Below are positions 46,234 to 55,370 of a stretch of DNA of 64,000 bases, in pieces. Source of the DNA: Dehalococcoidia bacterium (GTDB lineage Bacteria > Chloroflexota > Dehalococcoidia > UBA6926); contig JBJKVP010000006.1 in NCBI GenBank assembly GCA_045562535.1, forward strand, positions 88,413 to 152,412, read 5' to 3'. A model generated the notes under the pieces. It did not search any database and was not told the origin of the DNA. It was given only the letters and a program-made list of their open reading frames with translations. The position numbers and the translations under genes are program-made. Each line of letters opens with the position of its first letter. Within the stretch, counting starts at the first letter, position 1.

Positions 46234-49146
46234 ATGCCGACACGGGCTATAAAAGTAAAAGGTGCTCGGGAGAATAACCTAAAAAATATCGATGTTGAAA
46301 TTCCGAGAGATCGCCTAGTAGTCATTACGGGGGTTTCAGGGTCTGGGAAAAGCTCTTTAGCTTTCGATACAATATATGCCGAAGGTCAAAGACGGTATGT
46401 AGAATCATTGTCTGCGTATGCACGGCAATTTTTGGGGCGTATGGAAAAACCTAATGTTGAATATATAGAAGGGCTATCTCCCGCAATATCCATTGACCAA
46501 AAGGGAGTTTCGCACAATCCTAGGTCCACTGTTGGCACTGTTACAGAAGTCTACGATTACCTTAGGCTTTTATTTGCAAGAATTGGTATACCGCATTGCC
46601 CTAACTGTGGGACAAAAATAGAAAGCCAAACTGTTCAACAGATAGCCGACGCAATACTATCTGTTCCCCAGGAAACTCGTTTAGTCTTGATGTCACCGAT
46701 GGTAACGAGGCGAAAAGGTGAACATCAAACTATATTTGACGAAGCAAAAAGGTCTGGGTTTGTTAGAGTCAGAGTGAATGGTGACATTTTGGATCTTTCA
46801 GACGAAATTAAGCTTAATAAACAGAAATGGCACACAATTGAGGTCGTAGTTGACCGCCTTGTCATTAATGACCAAATTGACGAGTTACGCTCTCGGCTGA
46901 CTGATTCTTTAGAGACCGCTCTCAAACTTGGAAATGGACTTATAAAAGTTCTTGATTCCGAAACGGGTGAGGAAAGTTTATTCAGCGAACATTTTGCGTG
47001 TGTAGAATGTGGTTATTCGATAGATGAAATCGAACCTCGGACATTTTCCTTTAACAATCCGCAAGGAGCTTGTTCGGATTGTACCGGATTAGGTTATAAA
47101 CTTGAGATAGAGCCCGACCTAGTAATACCCGATACAAATCTTAGTCTTGAAGAAGGGGCGATTTTGCCTTGGAAACGTTCTGGCACAATGGCTCCTTGGT
47201 ATTCGTCGATCTTGAGAGCCGCCTCTACTGCGTTTGACATAGATATAAAAACACCGTTATCAGAATTTAATGATGCCCAGATGGGCTGGCTTCTTTATGG
47301 CCAAGGTCTTGTCCGTGAGAATACTAAACTTGAAGTTAGGCATCGAACTCGAAGAGGCAGAGAAATTAAGTTCGATACTAATTTTGAAGGAGTGATTCCG
47401 AATTTAGCACGACGCCATAGGGAAACCTCATCGGATCATCAACGTAAAGAGATAGAGCGATTCATGGCGAAGAAGCCGTGTTTATCTTGTGGAGGCAAAC
47501 GCTTAAGCCCCGGAGCACTCGCAGTAACAATAGGAACAAATAATATTAATGAAATCACTGCACTTTCTATAGATTCGGCTAAATATTGGGTGGATGAATT
47601 ACAGACAAGCGACGGGTTTTTGTCTAGCCGGGAAGCCTTGATCGCCGCCCAAATTCTTAAAGAAATATCTTCACGATTACAATTTCTCACTAATGTTGGC
47701 CTTGAGTACTTAACGTTAGATCGTACGGCATCAACTTTATCTGGAGGGGAAGCCCAGAGAATACGCTTAGCAACTCAAATAGGCTCAGGTCTTGTGGGCG
47801 TATTATATATATGTGATGAGCCTTCTATTGGATTGCATCCTGTAGACAATTCTCGCCTGATAGAAACTTTGAAAACCCTACGTGATTTAGGTAATACCGT
47901 TATTGTCGTCGAACATGATGAAGCTCTTATGAGAGCAGCAGATCATATAATTGATATTGGTCCTGGAGCCGGAGAACATGGAGGTCAACTTGTTGCTCAG
48001 GGGAGAATTGAAAACATAACTAAATCGAAAGATTCCGTAACAGGTGCATACTTGAGTGGTGCCAGAAGTATCCCCACTCCTTCTTCACGGCGTACTCCAA
48101 AAACTGGCTATGAAATCAGTATAATCAATGCCCGTGAAAATAATTTAAAAAACATTAATGTTGATATTCCGCTTGGTCTTCTAACATGCGTGACAGGCGT
48201 GTCGGGATCTGGAAAGTCGAGTTTGGTATATGAAGTTTTGCATAAGAGGATGGCACAGAAATTATATAATGCTAAAGAGCTACCTGGCCTTTCTGATGGC
48301 ATCAATGGAATTGAACATGTCGACAAAGTTATAAATATAGATCAAGCTCCTATTGGGCGTACCCCTAGATCAAATCCTGCTACGTATACAGGGGCGTTTA
48401 CTCCGATTAGAGAATTATTTGCGTCAGTTCAGGAATCAAGAATTAGAGGATATAAACCGGGGCGTTTTTCTTTTAATGTCAAAGGTGGTAGATGTGAAAC
48501 GTGTCGAGGAGAAGGTTACCAAACTATAGAAATGCAATTCTTGCCCGACGTTACAGTACCTTGTGAAGTTTGTTCAGGGGCTCGGTATAATCGTGAGGCT
48601 TTGGAAATTAAATTCAAAGACCTATCCATCGCGAATGTCTTGGATTTGAGTGTTGACGAGGCTCTTCCAGTTTTCGAATCGATACCGAAAGTGTTCAATC
48701 GTTTGAAAACTATGGCGGATGTGGGACTAGGCTATATGCGTCTTGGGCAACCGGCTACAACACTTTCGGGAGGCGAAGCTCAAAGAGTAAAATTGGCTAC
48801 TGAGCTATCAAAAAGGGCTACAGGTAAGACATTATATATTTTAGATGAACCTACAACAGGGCTCTCTTTCTCGGACGCACACGCGTTGTTGGACGTTTTG
48901 CATCGACTAGTAGATCGAGGCAATACCGTTGTTCTTATAGAGCACCATTTAGATTTGATTAAAAATGCTGATTGGATTATTGATTTAGGTCCCGGGCCTG
49001 GAGATAGAGGTGGAGAAATAGTTGCTGAAGGACCTCCGGAGCTTATTATGGAAATTGGTAGCAGCTATACGGGTAAATACTTAAACGATGTTATAAAAAA
49101 GCAGGAAGAACCTGAAAGAAGTCAAGAGGTAGCACTTGCCGATTGA
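46234..49146 (+). CDS. uvrA: excinuclease ABC subunit A
   Basis: [46 protein letters not shown], with two ABC modules and zinc-finger Cys clusters. Start moved to ATG 46234 within ORF 46186..49146. Confidence 0.95.
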   Translation: MPTRAIKVKGARENNLKNIDVEIPRDRLVVITGVSGSGKSSLAFDTIYAEGQRRYVESLSAYARQFLGRMEKPNVEYIEGLSPAISIDQKGVSHNPRSTVGTVTEVYDYLRLLFARIGIPHCPNCGTKIESQTVQQIADAILSVPQETRLVLMSPMVTRRKGEHQTIFDEAKRSGFVRVRVNGDILDLSDEIKLNKQKWHTIEVVVDRLVINDQIDELRSRLTDSLETALKLGNGLIKVLDSETGEESLFSEHFACVECGYSIDEIEPRTFSFNNPQGACSDCTGLGYKLEIEPDLVIPDTNLSLEEGAILPWKRSGTMAPWYSSILRAASTAFDIDIKTPLSEFNDAQMGWLLYGQGLVRENTKLEVRHRTRRGREIKFDTNFEGVIPNLARRHRETSSDHQRKEIERFMAKKPCLSCGGKRLSPGALAVTIGTNNINEITALSIDSAKYWVDELQTSDGFLSSREALIAAQILKEISSRLQFLTNVGLEYLTLDRTASTLSGGEAQRIRLATQIGSGLVGVLYICDEPSIGLHPVDNSRLIETLKTLRDLGNTVIVVEHDEALMRAADHIIDIGPGAGEHGGQLVAQGRIENITKSKDSVTGAYLSGARSIPTPSSRRTPKTGYEISIINARENNLKNINVDIPLGLLTCVTGVSGSGKSSLVYEVLHKRMAQKLYNAKELPGLSDGINGIEHVDKVINIDQAPIGRTPRSNPATYTGAFTPIRELFASVQESRIRGYKPGRFSFNVKGGRCETCRGEGYQTIEMQFLPDVTVPCEVCSGARYNREALEIKFKDLSIANVLDLSVDEALPVFESIPKVFNRLKTMADVGLGYMRLGQPATTLSGGEAQRVKLATELSKRATGKTLYILDEPTTGLSFSDAHALLDVLHRLVDRGNTVVLIEHHLDLIKNADWIIDLGPGPGDRGGEIVAEGPPELIMEIGSSYTGKYLNDVIKKQEEPERSQEVALAD

Positions 49147-49210
49147 AAAACCCCAATGATTAGAATTGTTTATATGTTTTTATAATATAACAGGGACCAG
49201 GTGAGGTTGA

Positions 49211-49882
49211 TTGGTGTCACAGAACGACGGGATTTTCCAGGCACAAGAAATGGTGGGGGCTATAGATCTTGGTGCTTTACTCAATTTAACTATCGACCCT
49301 GTATTTGGTTATGTATTCATCTTGATTGGAATAGCCTTATGTCTTATTGGGTATATTTTATACCGATTTATGATTGCATTAACCGTAGCTGTAGCATCAG
49401 GGACGGCCTTTTTTATTTTTGGCCCGACTTTCGGATTGGAATCTGGGCCTTTATGGATGGCTGCAATCGGAGTCTTTTTAATGTTATTAATAGTAGGTTG
49501 GCTGCTATACCACACTGCGGTTTTTATTATAGGCCTCGCCGCAGGAGCGTCCGTAGGGGTCTGGTTTTGGTTATTAGGTGCGGGTGAATTTTCTCTAGTT
49601 CAAACAATTACAGATTTATCTATAAGAAGAAGTGATATGTTTGCTTTGATAGCTACTGCAGCTGTTCCAGGTATTGCGATAGGGATTGTCGCTGTATCCT
49701 GGGAGCGTCGTTTGATTACTCTCATTGCTGTCATATTAGGGGGGACATTTATTTCCTTTGGAATAAGACATAGCCAAATTGGCGACCCTATTTCTCAATG
49801 GGCCCCTATTATAGCTGGTTTAACTATGGGGCTCGGCTTGTTCCTAAATGGGCGCAGTAGAGAAAAGGGAAACGCTCAATGA
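49211..49882 (+). CDS. polytopic membrane protein (6-7 TM), function unknown
   Basis: 223-aa hydrophobic ORF. The alternative-frame ORF 49201..49587 is rejected. Confidence 0.5.
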   Translation: MVSQNDGIFQAQEMVGAIDLGALLNLTIDPVFGYVFILIGIALCLIGYILYRFMIALTVAVASGTAFFIFGPTFGLESGPLWMAAIGVFLMLLIVGWLLYHTAVFIIGLAAGASVGVWFWLLGAGEFSLVQTITDLSIRRSDMFALIATAAVPGIAIGIVAVSWERRLITLIAVILGGTFISFGIRHSQIGDPISQWAPIIAGLTMGLGLFLNGRSREKGNAQ

Positions 49883-49903
49883 TGTATTTGATAAAATCGA
49901 ATT

Positions 49904-50554
49904 ATGCGTAGCGATGAGAAGGTACCACTTTTTATTGGAACATTGAATCCAGCTAAAAGAGAGAGGCTTGCTGGATGCTTTTCTTCTTGGCAATTCCATT
50001 TAGACTTTCCTAGAGGTATTAAACTACACGAGATTCCAGAAGAAACAGGAGACACCCATAAATCTAATGCTGTGGAGAAAGCCAAACATTGGTCTTCTTG
50101 GGCAAGCGGACACGCGGTGTCCAGTGATGGAGGCTTACAAATTCCGATATTGAACAATAATTGGGACAGTGTGTATACTCATCGGTTTGCAGGCCCTGAT
50201 GCAAATGACCAAGATCGTATAGATGCTTTGCTCGAACGGATGTCTGAGTATAGTGATGATGAGCGTTCTGCTTATTGGGAAGAGTCGGTCGCGCTAGGAT
50301 ATAAGGGCCGATTAATCAAGGAATGGTCAGTAAAGAGTAAACTAGGAAGAATAGCTTTGAAGCCATCTGAAATTAAAATCCACGGGTTTTGGGCTGCAAG
50401 CATTTGGGTATTCCCAGATATTGGTAAATCTTATACTGAGCTAAATCAAAAGGAACTTCAAAAGATTGGGGATCCTTGGGTTAATATTAAGAATAAGATA
50501 AAAATGTGGATGGACAATGATGGATGGGATAGTACTGTACTTAGACTACGGTAA
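49904..50554 (+). CDS. divergent Ham1/RdgB (ITPase)-like protein
   Basis: Collinear with RdgB blocks as recalled: FIGTLNPAKRERL (ATGNxGKxxE), EETGDTHKSNAVEKAK (EETGxTFxENAxxKA), SSDGGLQIP (ADDSGL), AGPDANDQDRIDALLERM. The C-terminal FGYDPIF and SHR motifs are not conserved (FWAASIWVF, GDPW). Confidence 0.5.
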   Translation: MRSDEKVPLFIGTLNPAKRERLAGCFSSWQFHLDFPRGIKLHEIPEETGDTHKSNAVEKAKHWSSWASGHAVSSDGGLQIPILNNNWDSVYTHRFAGPDANDQDRIDALLERMSEYSDDERSAYWEESVALGYKGRLIKEWSVKSKLGRIALKPSEIKIHGFWAASIWVFPDIGKSYTELNQKELQKIGDPWVNIKNKIKMWMDNDGWDSTVLRLR

Positions 50555-51451
50555 GGAAGCCATACCTTTTTCTTTTTCGATCAGACCGTCTTTTACTAAA
50601 GTATTAATCAGTTTTTCAAACCATATTTTATCTGTATGGGCAGAATAATCGGGTTTTATTAGGGAACCTAGTTTATCAATTTCAATAGGATCAATACGGC
50701 CCCGGAGTTCTTCGACAATTCTACCTCTGTAAAATCGGTTCGAGCCAACAAAAGTAGGATTTGTTTTCTTAGAAGATGGTGTGCCCATCTTGGTATTGTT
50801 TTTCGTAAAAACAAATCTTATCGAGGCTGAACAATTCAGTACTATGGGGCATGATTCACAGCTAGGTTTTCGGGATGTGCAAACGGTTGCACCTAAATCC
50901 ATTAAGGCTTGATGCCAATCTGGCGTTTTTGTTTTTTCTGGGAGGTACTTGGTTGCAGTATCCCATGCTAATTTATCAGTATCAAAAGATGATCCGTGGT
51001 CGACCCTGCCGATAACGCGTTTGATATTTATGTCTACCACCGGGACTCTTAGTTTAAAAGCGAAATTAGCTATTGCTGAAGCCGTATAACGACCAATACC
51101 TGGAAGCGCAACTAGGGATTCGAGTGATTTGGGGACTTGCCCATTATGATTTTGAACAATGATTTGAGCAGTTCTATGTAGGTTAACTGCGCGTTTGTTA
51201 TATCCCATTCCAGACCACTCTCTAATCACTGTACTCTTCGAAGCTTGTGCTAAGGAATACACATCTGGGAACTGTCGAATAAAAGAATCGTATTTATCGA
51301 TAACTCTACTAACTTGTGTTTGCTGTAGCATGATTTCCGAGACTAATATTTTGTAAGGGTCGTTAGTTTCTCTCCAAGGCAATTTGCGTCCAACATCTTT
51401 GTACCAAGAAAGTAATTGTTTGTGGAAGTATGTGTGATTTTGTTCGGACAT
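50546..51451 (-). CDS. mutY: HhH-GPD adenine glycosylase, MutY-like (short form without obvious NUDIX-like domain)
   Basis: LLSWYKDVGRKLPWR, ILVSEIMLQQTQV, LPGIGRYTASAIANFAF, FeS loop CTSRKPSCESCPIVLNC. Confidence 0.75.
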   Translation of the reverse strand: MSEQNHTYFHKQLLSWYKDVGRKLPWRETNDPYKILVSEIMLQQTQVSRVIDKYDSFIRQFPDVYSLAQASKSTVIREWSGMGYNKRAVNLHRTAQIIVQNHNGQVPKSLESLVALPGIGRYTASAIANFAFKLRVPVVDINIKRVIGRVDHGSSFDTDKLAWDTATKYLPEKTKTPDWHQALMDLGATVCTSRKPSCESCPIVLNCSASIRFVFTKNNTKMGTPSSKKTNPTFVGSNRFYRGRIVEELRGRIDPIEIDKLGSLIKPDYSAHTDKIWFEKLINTLVKDGLIEKEKGMASLP

Positions 51452-51618
51452 AATTAATATTCATTATGCGAATTATGAAACAGATGATCAATAGGATAAA
51501 TTGAACAACTTAATATATATGGAAATTCGTATAAATAGGTTGACGTCTGAATATAGGGTTAAGTAGAATTACCGGGTTGGGGGATAATTGATCTTATTCT
51601 TCACAGAAGGAGAATTCA

Positions 51619-52794
51619 ATGACAGGGACATTAAAAGGAAAAGCGGCTTTGGTAGGGGTTGGTTGGACTCCTGCTCGTAGAAAATGGCCGGATAAAACAC
51701 AAAAAGGTATGCAGGCAGACGTTGCCGCGATGGCAATCAAGGATGCAGGATTGCGCCCAGAGGACATCGATGGTCTGGTTACAGAAGCACCCGGAGGGGA
51801 AGACGCCAACAACTGGCCAGCTATAATGTCCGATTATTTAGGAATTAAGCCTAATATGGCCAGCGGAGTCAACAATATGGGCGCTACCGGTACTACCGGA
51901 ATAGTTCTTGCGTCTACTTGGGTTTCCAGCGGTCTTGCTGAGACAGTTCTACTCGTTTTTGGAGGTAATCAAGGGACCCAACCCAGAGTTGCTCCTAGGC
52001 CTAATCCATTTGTGGATCCATATGGCCCAGTTGTTGCTGCAAACGGTTGGTATGCTCAGGTCGCACGTCGACACGCTTTCGAGTATGGAACTACAGACGA
52101 AATGAGATTTAAAGTAGCAGCTGATCAGAGATTTAACTCACAAGTGACCCCAGGATCTGCTTTTCTTGAGCAGCCGATTACGGTACAGGACGTTGCTGAT
52201 TCTCGATATGTTGCAGACCCTCTCAGATTGCTCGAATGTGTTATGCCTTGTGCCGGAGGTGGGGCAATGATTGTCACAACACCGGAAAAAGCTCGAGCGA
52301 TGAAAAACAAACCAGTTTACATGCTTGGAGCTGGCCATCATACAGATCATAATGATTTGAGTTGGGCAGACCGAATTACAAGGACACCAGCCGTTGTTTC
52401 TGCTCCTAGAGCGTTCAACATGGCAGGGCTCAGTCCGAAAGATATGGATTTCGCTCAGATCTATGATTGCTATACCATAACGGTTATGGTGACTCTCGAA
52501 GACGCTGGGTTTATGCCTAAAGGTGAGTCAGGACCTTGGTACCAAGAGACTGATACTACCTATAAGGGAGATTTCCCAGTTAATACGCACGGTGGCCAGT
52601 TGTCTTACGGACAGCAGGCAGGAAACACCGGCGGCTTCTCACAGCCTATGGAAGCAACTCTCCAATTAATGGGGCGTGGTGGCGAAAGACAAGTTAAGGA
52701 TGCAACAACAGGATTCGTGAATGGTTGAGGCGGCATTTTGAGCAAGTTTTGCTCAATAGTTCTTACCAATGATGAGTCTTTGGCTAATTCTTAG
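51619..52794 (+). CDS. thiolase-superfamily protein (SCP2/Ltp2-like, DUF35 partner) with in-frame TGA at 52726-52728; the conventional model ends at 52728
   Basis: 369-aa ORF with YDCY (HDCF-like) and NTHGGQLS motifs. Gly sits at the usual nucleophile position (NNMGATG). After the TGA the same frame continues GGILSKFCSIVLTNDESLANS-TAG, which looks like the normal thiolase C-terminal strand. The SD of the next gene follows. Confidence 0.6.
52738..52756 (+). promoter_or_regulatory. perfect 7-bp hairpin TTGAGCA-AGTTT-TGCTCAA starting 9 nt after the in-frame UGA (candidate bacterial SECIS)
   Basis: All seven pairs are Watson-Crick. The 5-nt loop AGUUU has G at loop position 2, 20 nt from the U of UGA. 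No U-tract follows, so it is not a typical terminator. Confidence 0.45.
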
Positions 52795-52821
52795 AATATA
52801 AGTTATTAAAGGAGTTTAATC

Positions 52822-53253
52822 ATGGCAGAACAAAAAGCACCTCAGAAGCCAGTTCCAATTGCTGACGCGGTTACCGCGCCTTTTTGGGAGGCTACTAAAG
52901 AAGGTAAATTGATGGTCCAGAGGGATATCGACAGCGGAAAGGTGTTCTTTTATCCAAGAGAGCGAAGCCCTTATACGCTATCAGATCGTCTTGAGTGGGT
53001 TGAAGTTAGTGGTAAAGCACGGATATATAGTTTTATCGTGGTGAGGCAGCCGGGCAACCCAGCTTTCACTCCAGATGTTCCTTATATCTATGCGATAATC
53101 CAGCTGGATGAAGGCCCTAGGATGAATGGTAATGTTAATGGTATTGACATAGAGGATGTTGAGATCGATATGCAAGTCGAAGTTTACTTCGAAGAGCGTG
53201 GAGATCAAATGATCCCGCAGTGGAAACCTGTAGGAGCACCAGATCCAAGTTAA
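52822..53253 (+). CDS. DUF35 OB-fold protein (thiolase/aldolase partner), zinc-ribbon cysteines absent
   Basis: 143 aa with APFWEATKEGKLMVQR...FFYPRE...EWVEVSGKARIYSFIVV, the DUF35 layout. The protein contains no Cys at all. AAGGAG SD. Confidence 0.75.
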   Translation: MAEQKAPQKPVPIADAVTAPFWEATKEGKLMVQRDIDSGKVFFYPRERSPYTLSDRLEWVEVSGKARIYSFIVVRQPGNPAFTPDVPYIYAIIQLDEGPRMNGNVNGIDIEDVEIDMQVEVYFEERGDQMIPQWKPVGAPDPS

Positions 53254-53297
53254 CTAATGGTCTATAAGGTGATAATAAACCTATAAGAAACAAAAAT

Positions 53298-53330
53298 TCT
53301 GCTGAGTCACAGTCTCGGCAGAATTTTTTT
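53298..53330 (+). terminator. Rho-independent terminator after the thiolase-like/DUF35 pair
   Basis: TCTGCTGAG-TCACAGT-CTCGGCAGA (9-bp stem including one G-U) followed by ATTTTTTT. Confidence 0.65.
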
Positions 53331-53365
53331 ATGCTTAATTACTTTATGTGTAAAGGAGATTCTAA

Positions 53366-53881
53366 ATGGATAATGTTGAAATTATTAAAACCCTAATGGA
53401 ACATGTGCGCCAATCTTTTCTAGACGTCATGGAAAATGTAGATCAAGAGGTTGCTGATTGGCTTCCCCCGGGAGAAGCTCATCCGATACGAATGAGTAAC
53501 CTGCATTGTTTATGGGCTGAAGATCGTTTTATAAATGTTTTTCTCCAAGAGGCTCCAACAATTTGGAGTGTTATTGGACTTGAGGAAAAAACTGGGTTGA
53601 TACCTGGAAGACTTCCCAGCGCGGAATGGGCCCGTTCTACGCCTATTGATATCAATCAACTTAGAGAAGTCTATATGCCCGCTCTTTTTGAAGGAACTGA
53701 TAAATATTTAGGTAGTTTAAAAGCCGATGATTTAGATAAGCCGGTGAAATCTGATGTTGCAGATTTAAATGGTCTAAAAGCTGGAGAAATATTGATTCGA
53801 TTTGCACTTCATAATGCTAACCATATAGGAGAGATCGCATCTCAAAAAGGGACGCAAGGTCTTAAGGGTTACAGCTTTTAG
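53366..53881 (+). CDS. DinB-family (DinB/YfiT-like four-helix-bundle) protein, copy 1
   Basis: 171 aa. N-terminal helix ...FLDVMENVDQEVADWLPPGEAHPI and C-terminal HNANHIGEIASQKG, typical of the DinB_2 style. Confidence 0.7.
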   Translation: MDNVEIIKTLMEHVRQSFLDVMENVDQEVADWLPPGEAHPIRMSNLHCLWAEDRFINVFLQEAPTIWSVIGLEEKTGLIPGRLPSAEWARSTPIDINQLREVYMPALFEGTDKYLGSLKADDLDKPVKSDVADLNGLKAGEILIRFALHNANHIGEIASQKGTQGLKGYSF

Positions 53882-53891
53882 GAGGACTCAG

Positions 53892-54425
53892 ATGGATGGC
53901 TTACACGTTATAAAAACATTGATCGTAAGGATGCATGAATCTTTTCTAGATGTTATGGAAAATGTGGATCAAGAGGTTGCTGATTGGCTTCCAACTGGAG
54001 AAGCTCATCCGATTCGAACGAGCGCTGCTCATATTTTGTGGGTGGAGGATGCCTTCGTTAACGCGGTGATAAGGGAATCGACTACAGTATGGGCTGACTT
54101 AGGGTTGCAAGAGAAAACAGGGATTCGCCCAGGCCCTATTCCTAATTTGGAATGGGCGCAGACTACCAAAATCGATATCGAAGAATTAAAGAAAGTATAC
54201 GTAAATGAGCTTTTTGAAAATACAGAGGCATATATAGGGAATTTGGACCCAAAAGACTTAAATCGAGATATTGATATTGAAGGGAAAGGCCGGGCTCTCA
54301 AGCGTGTTCTTATTGGAACCAGGGTTTCAGATATATTGCTTACTCTTTCAATTCACAGCGCTAACCATATAGGAGAGATCGCATCTCAAAAAGGGACTCA
54401 AGGTCTTCAAGGGTACAGTTTCTAG
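53892..54425 (+). CDS. DinB-family protein, copy 2 (tandem paralogue)
   Basis: 177 aa. Shares FLDVMENVDQEVADWLP.GEAHPIR and SANHIGEIASQKGTQGL.GYSF with copy 1. Confidence 0.7.
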   Translation: MDGLHVIKTLIVRMHESFLDVMENVDQEVADWLPTGEAHPIRTSAAHILWVEDAFVNAVIRESTTVWADLGLQEKTGIRPGPIPNLEWAQTTKIDIEELKKVYVNELFENTEAYIGNLDPKDLNRDIDIEGKGRALKRVLIGTRVSDILLTLSIHSANHIGEIASQKGTQGLQGYSF

Positions 54426-54493
54426 ATAAACATTTGGAGATAGGTACGGACACTTATAACTAATATAACCCTTATAAAACTGCAGGAGAATGC

Positions 54494-55348
54494 ATGTCAA
54501 GATTTGTACCGATTGATCCTATTCTTGAAAAAGGGTACAACGTACGCCTTTTGGCTGACGATTTTGAAGGCCTCATAAGTACTTGGGCAGCAAGGAGTGA
54601 GAAATTTCGAAGTACAGCTAATAGCTCACTTAACTGTCAATACGATGAAGGTGAAAAAAATAAACTAGATTTATTTCGTTCTGGTAAGCCCAATGCACCA
54701 TTATATGTATTTGTGCATGGTGGGTATTGGCAAGGAGGAGATAAGGCTTTTTATAGTTTCATTGCCGAGCCTTTTGTTAAATCTGGAATTGATGTTGCTA
54801 TAATCGGTTACCAATTATGCCCTGAATCAAGTATGACAGAGATCGTCAACCAAATTCGAACTGCATTAATATGGCTCTGGAAGAATTCTCGCGATTATGC
54901 TATTTCAAAGGATCGTATTAATATTTCTGGTCATTCCGCTGGTGGTCATATTACTGGCATGGTATTGGCTACAGATTGGCAACAAATCTCTTCGGATTTA
55001 CCGAAAAATCTTGTCAAAACAGGTATTCCAATTAGTGGACTATATCAACTAGAACCACTTAGAAAGACTAGCATTGCTGAGGCTCTTGGTTTGGATGACG
55101 CTGAAACGATGGCTTTGAGTCCACATTTTTTGGAACCCATAACCACAGCGCCAATTCTGGTAATTCTTGGCGAAGCCGAAACGCCAGCATTCCATTGGCA
55201 AACTGACCAGTTTATTGAGAAATGGAAACTTAACGAAGCACTCGTTGAATATCATTCCGAGCCTGGCGCTGATCATTTTGAGGTTATAGAGAGATTAGCT
55301 AGGGAAGACACTCAAATTTTTGATAGAATAAAAAGATGGATCTTGTAA
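54494..55348 (+). CDS. alpha/beta hydrolase, arylformamidase (kynurenine formamidase)/esterase-like
   Basis: 284 aa. Oxyanion region VFVHGGYWQGGDK and nucleophile elbow GHSAGGH. Confidence 0.7.
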   Translation: MSRFVPIDPILEKGYNVRLLADDFEGLISTWAARSEKFRSTANSSLNCQYDEGEKNKLDLFRSGKPNAPLYVFVHGGYWQGGDKAFYSFIAEPFVKSGIDVAIIGYQLCPESSMTEIVNQIRTALIWLWKNSRDYAISKDRINISGHSAGGHITGMVLATDWQQISSDLPKNLVKTGIPISGLYQLEPLRKTSIAEALGLDDAETMALSPHFLEPITTAPILVILGEAETPAFHWQTDQFIEKWKLNEALVEYHSEPGADHFEVIERLAREDTQIFDRIKRWIL

Positions 55349-55370
55349 TACATAGTGGTAGGAGAGCTTA

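Noticed and set aside
49201-49587. ORF 49201..49587, which overlaps 49211..49882 in another frame
   Set aside because: Its Cys/Arg/Trp-rich composition has no membrane or globular character. The overlapping frame encodes a coherent multi-TM protein.
52738-52756. The hairpin after the thiolase-like TGA as an ordinary Rho-independent terminator
   Set aside because: No U-tract follows (ATAGTTCTTACC). The functionally linked DUF35 gene starts 66 nt downstream. A good terminator for the pair exists at 53298-53330.
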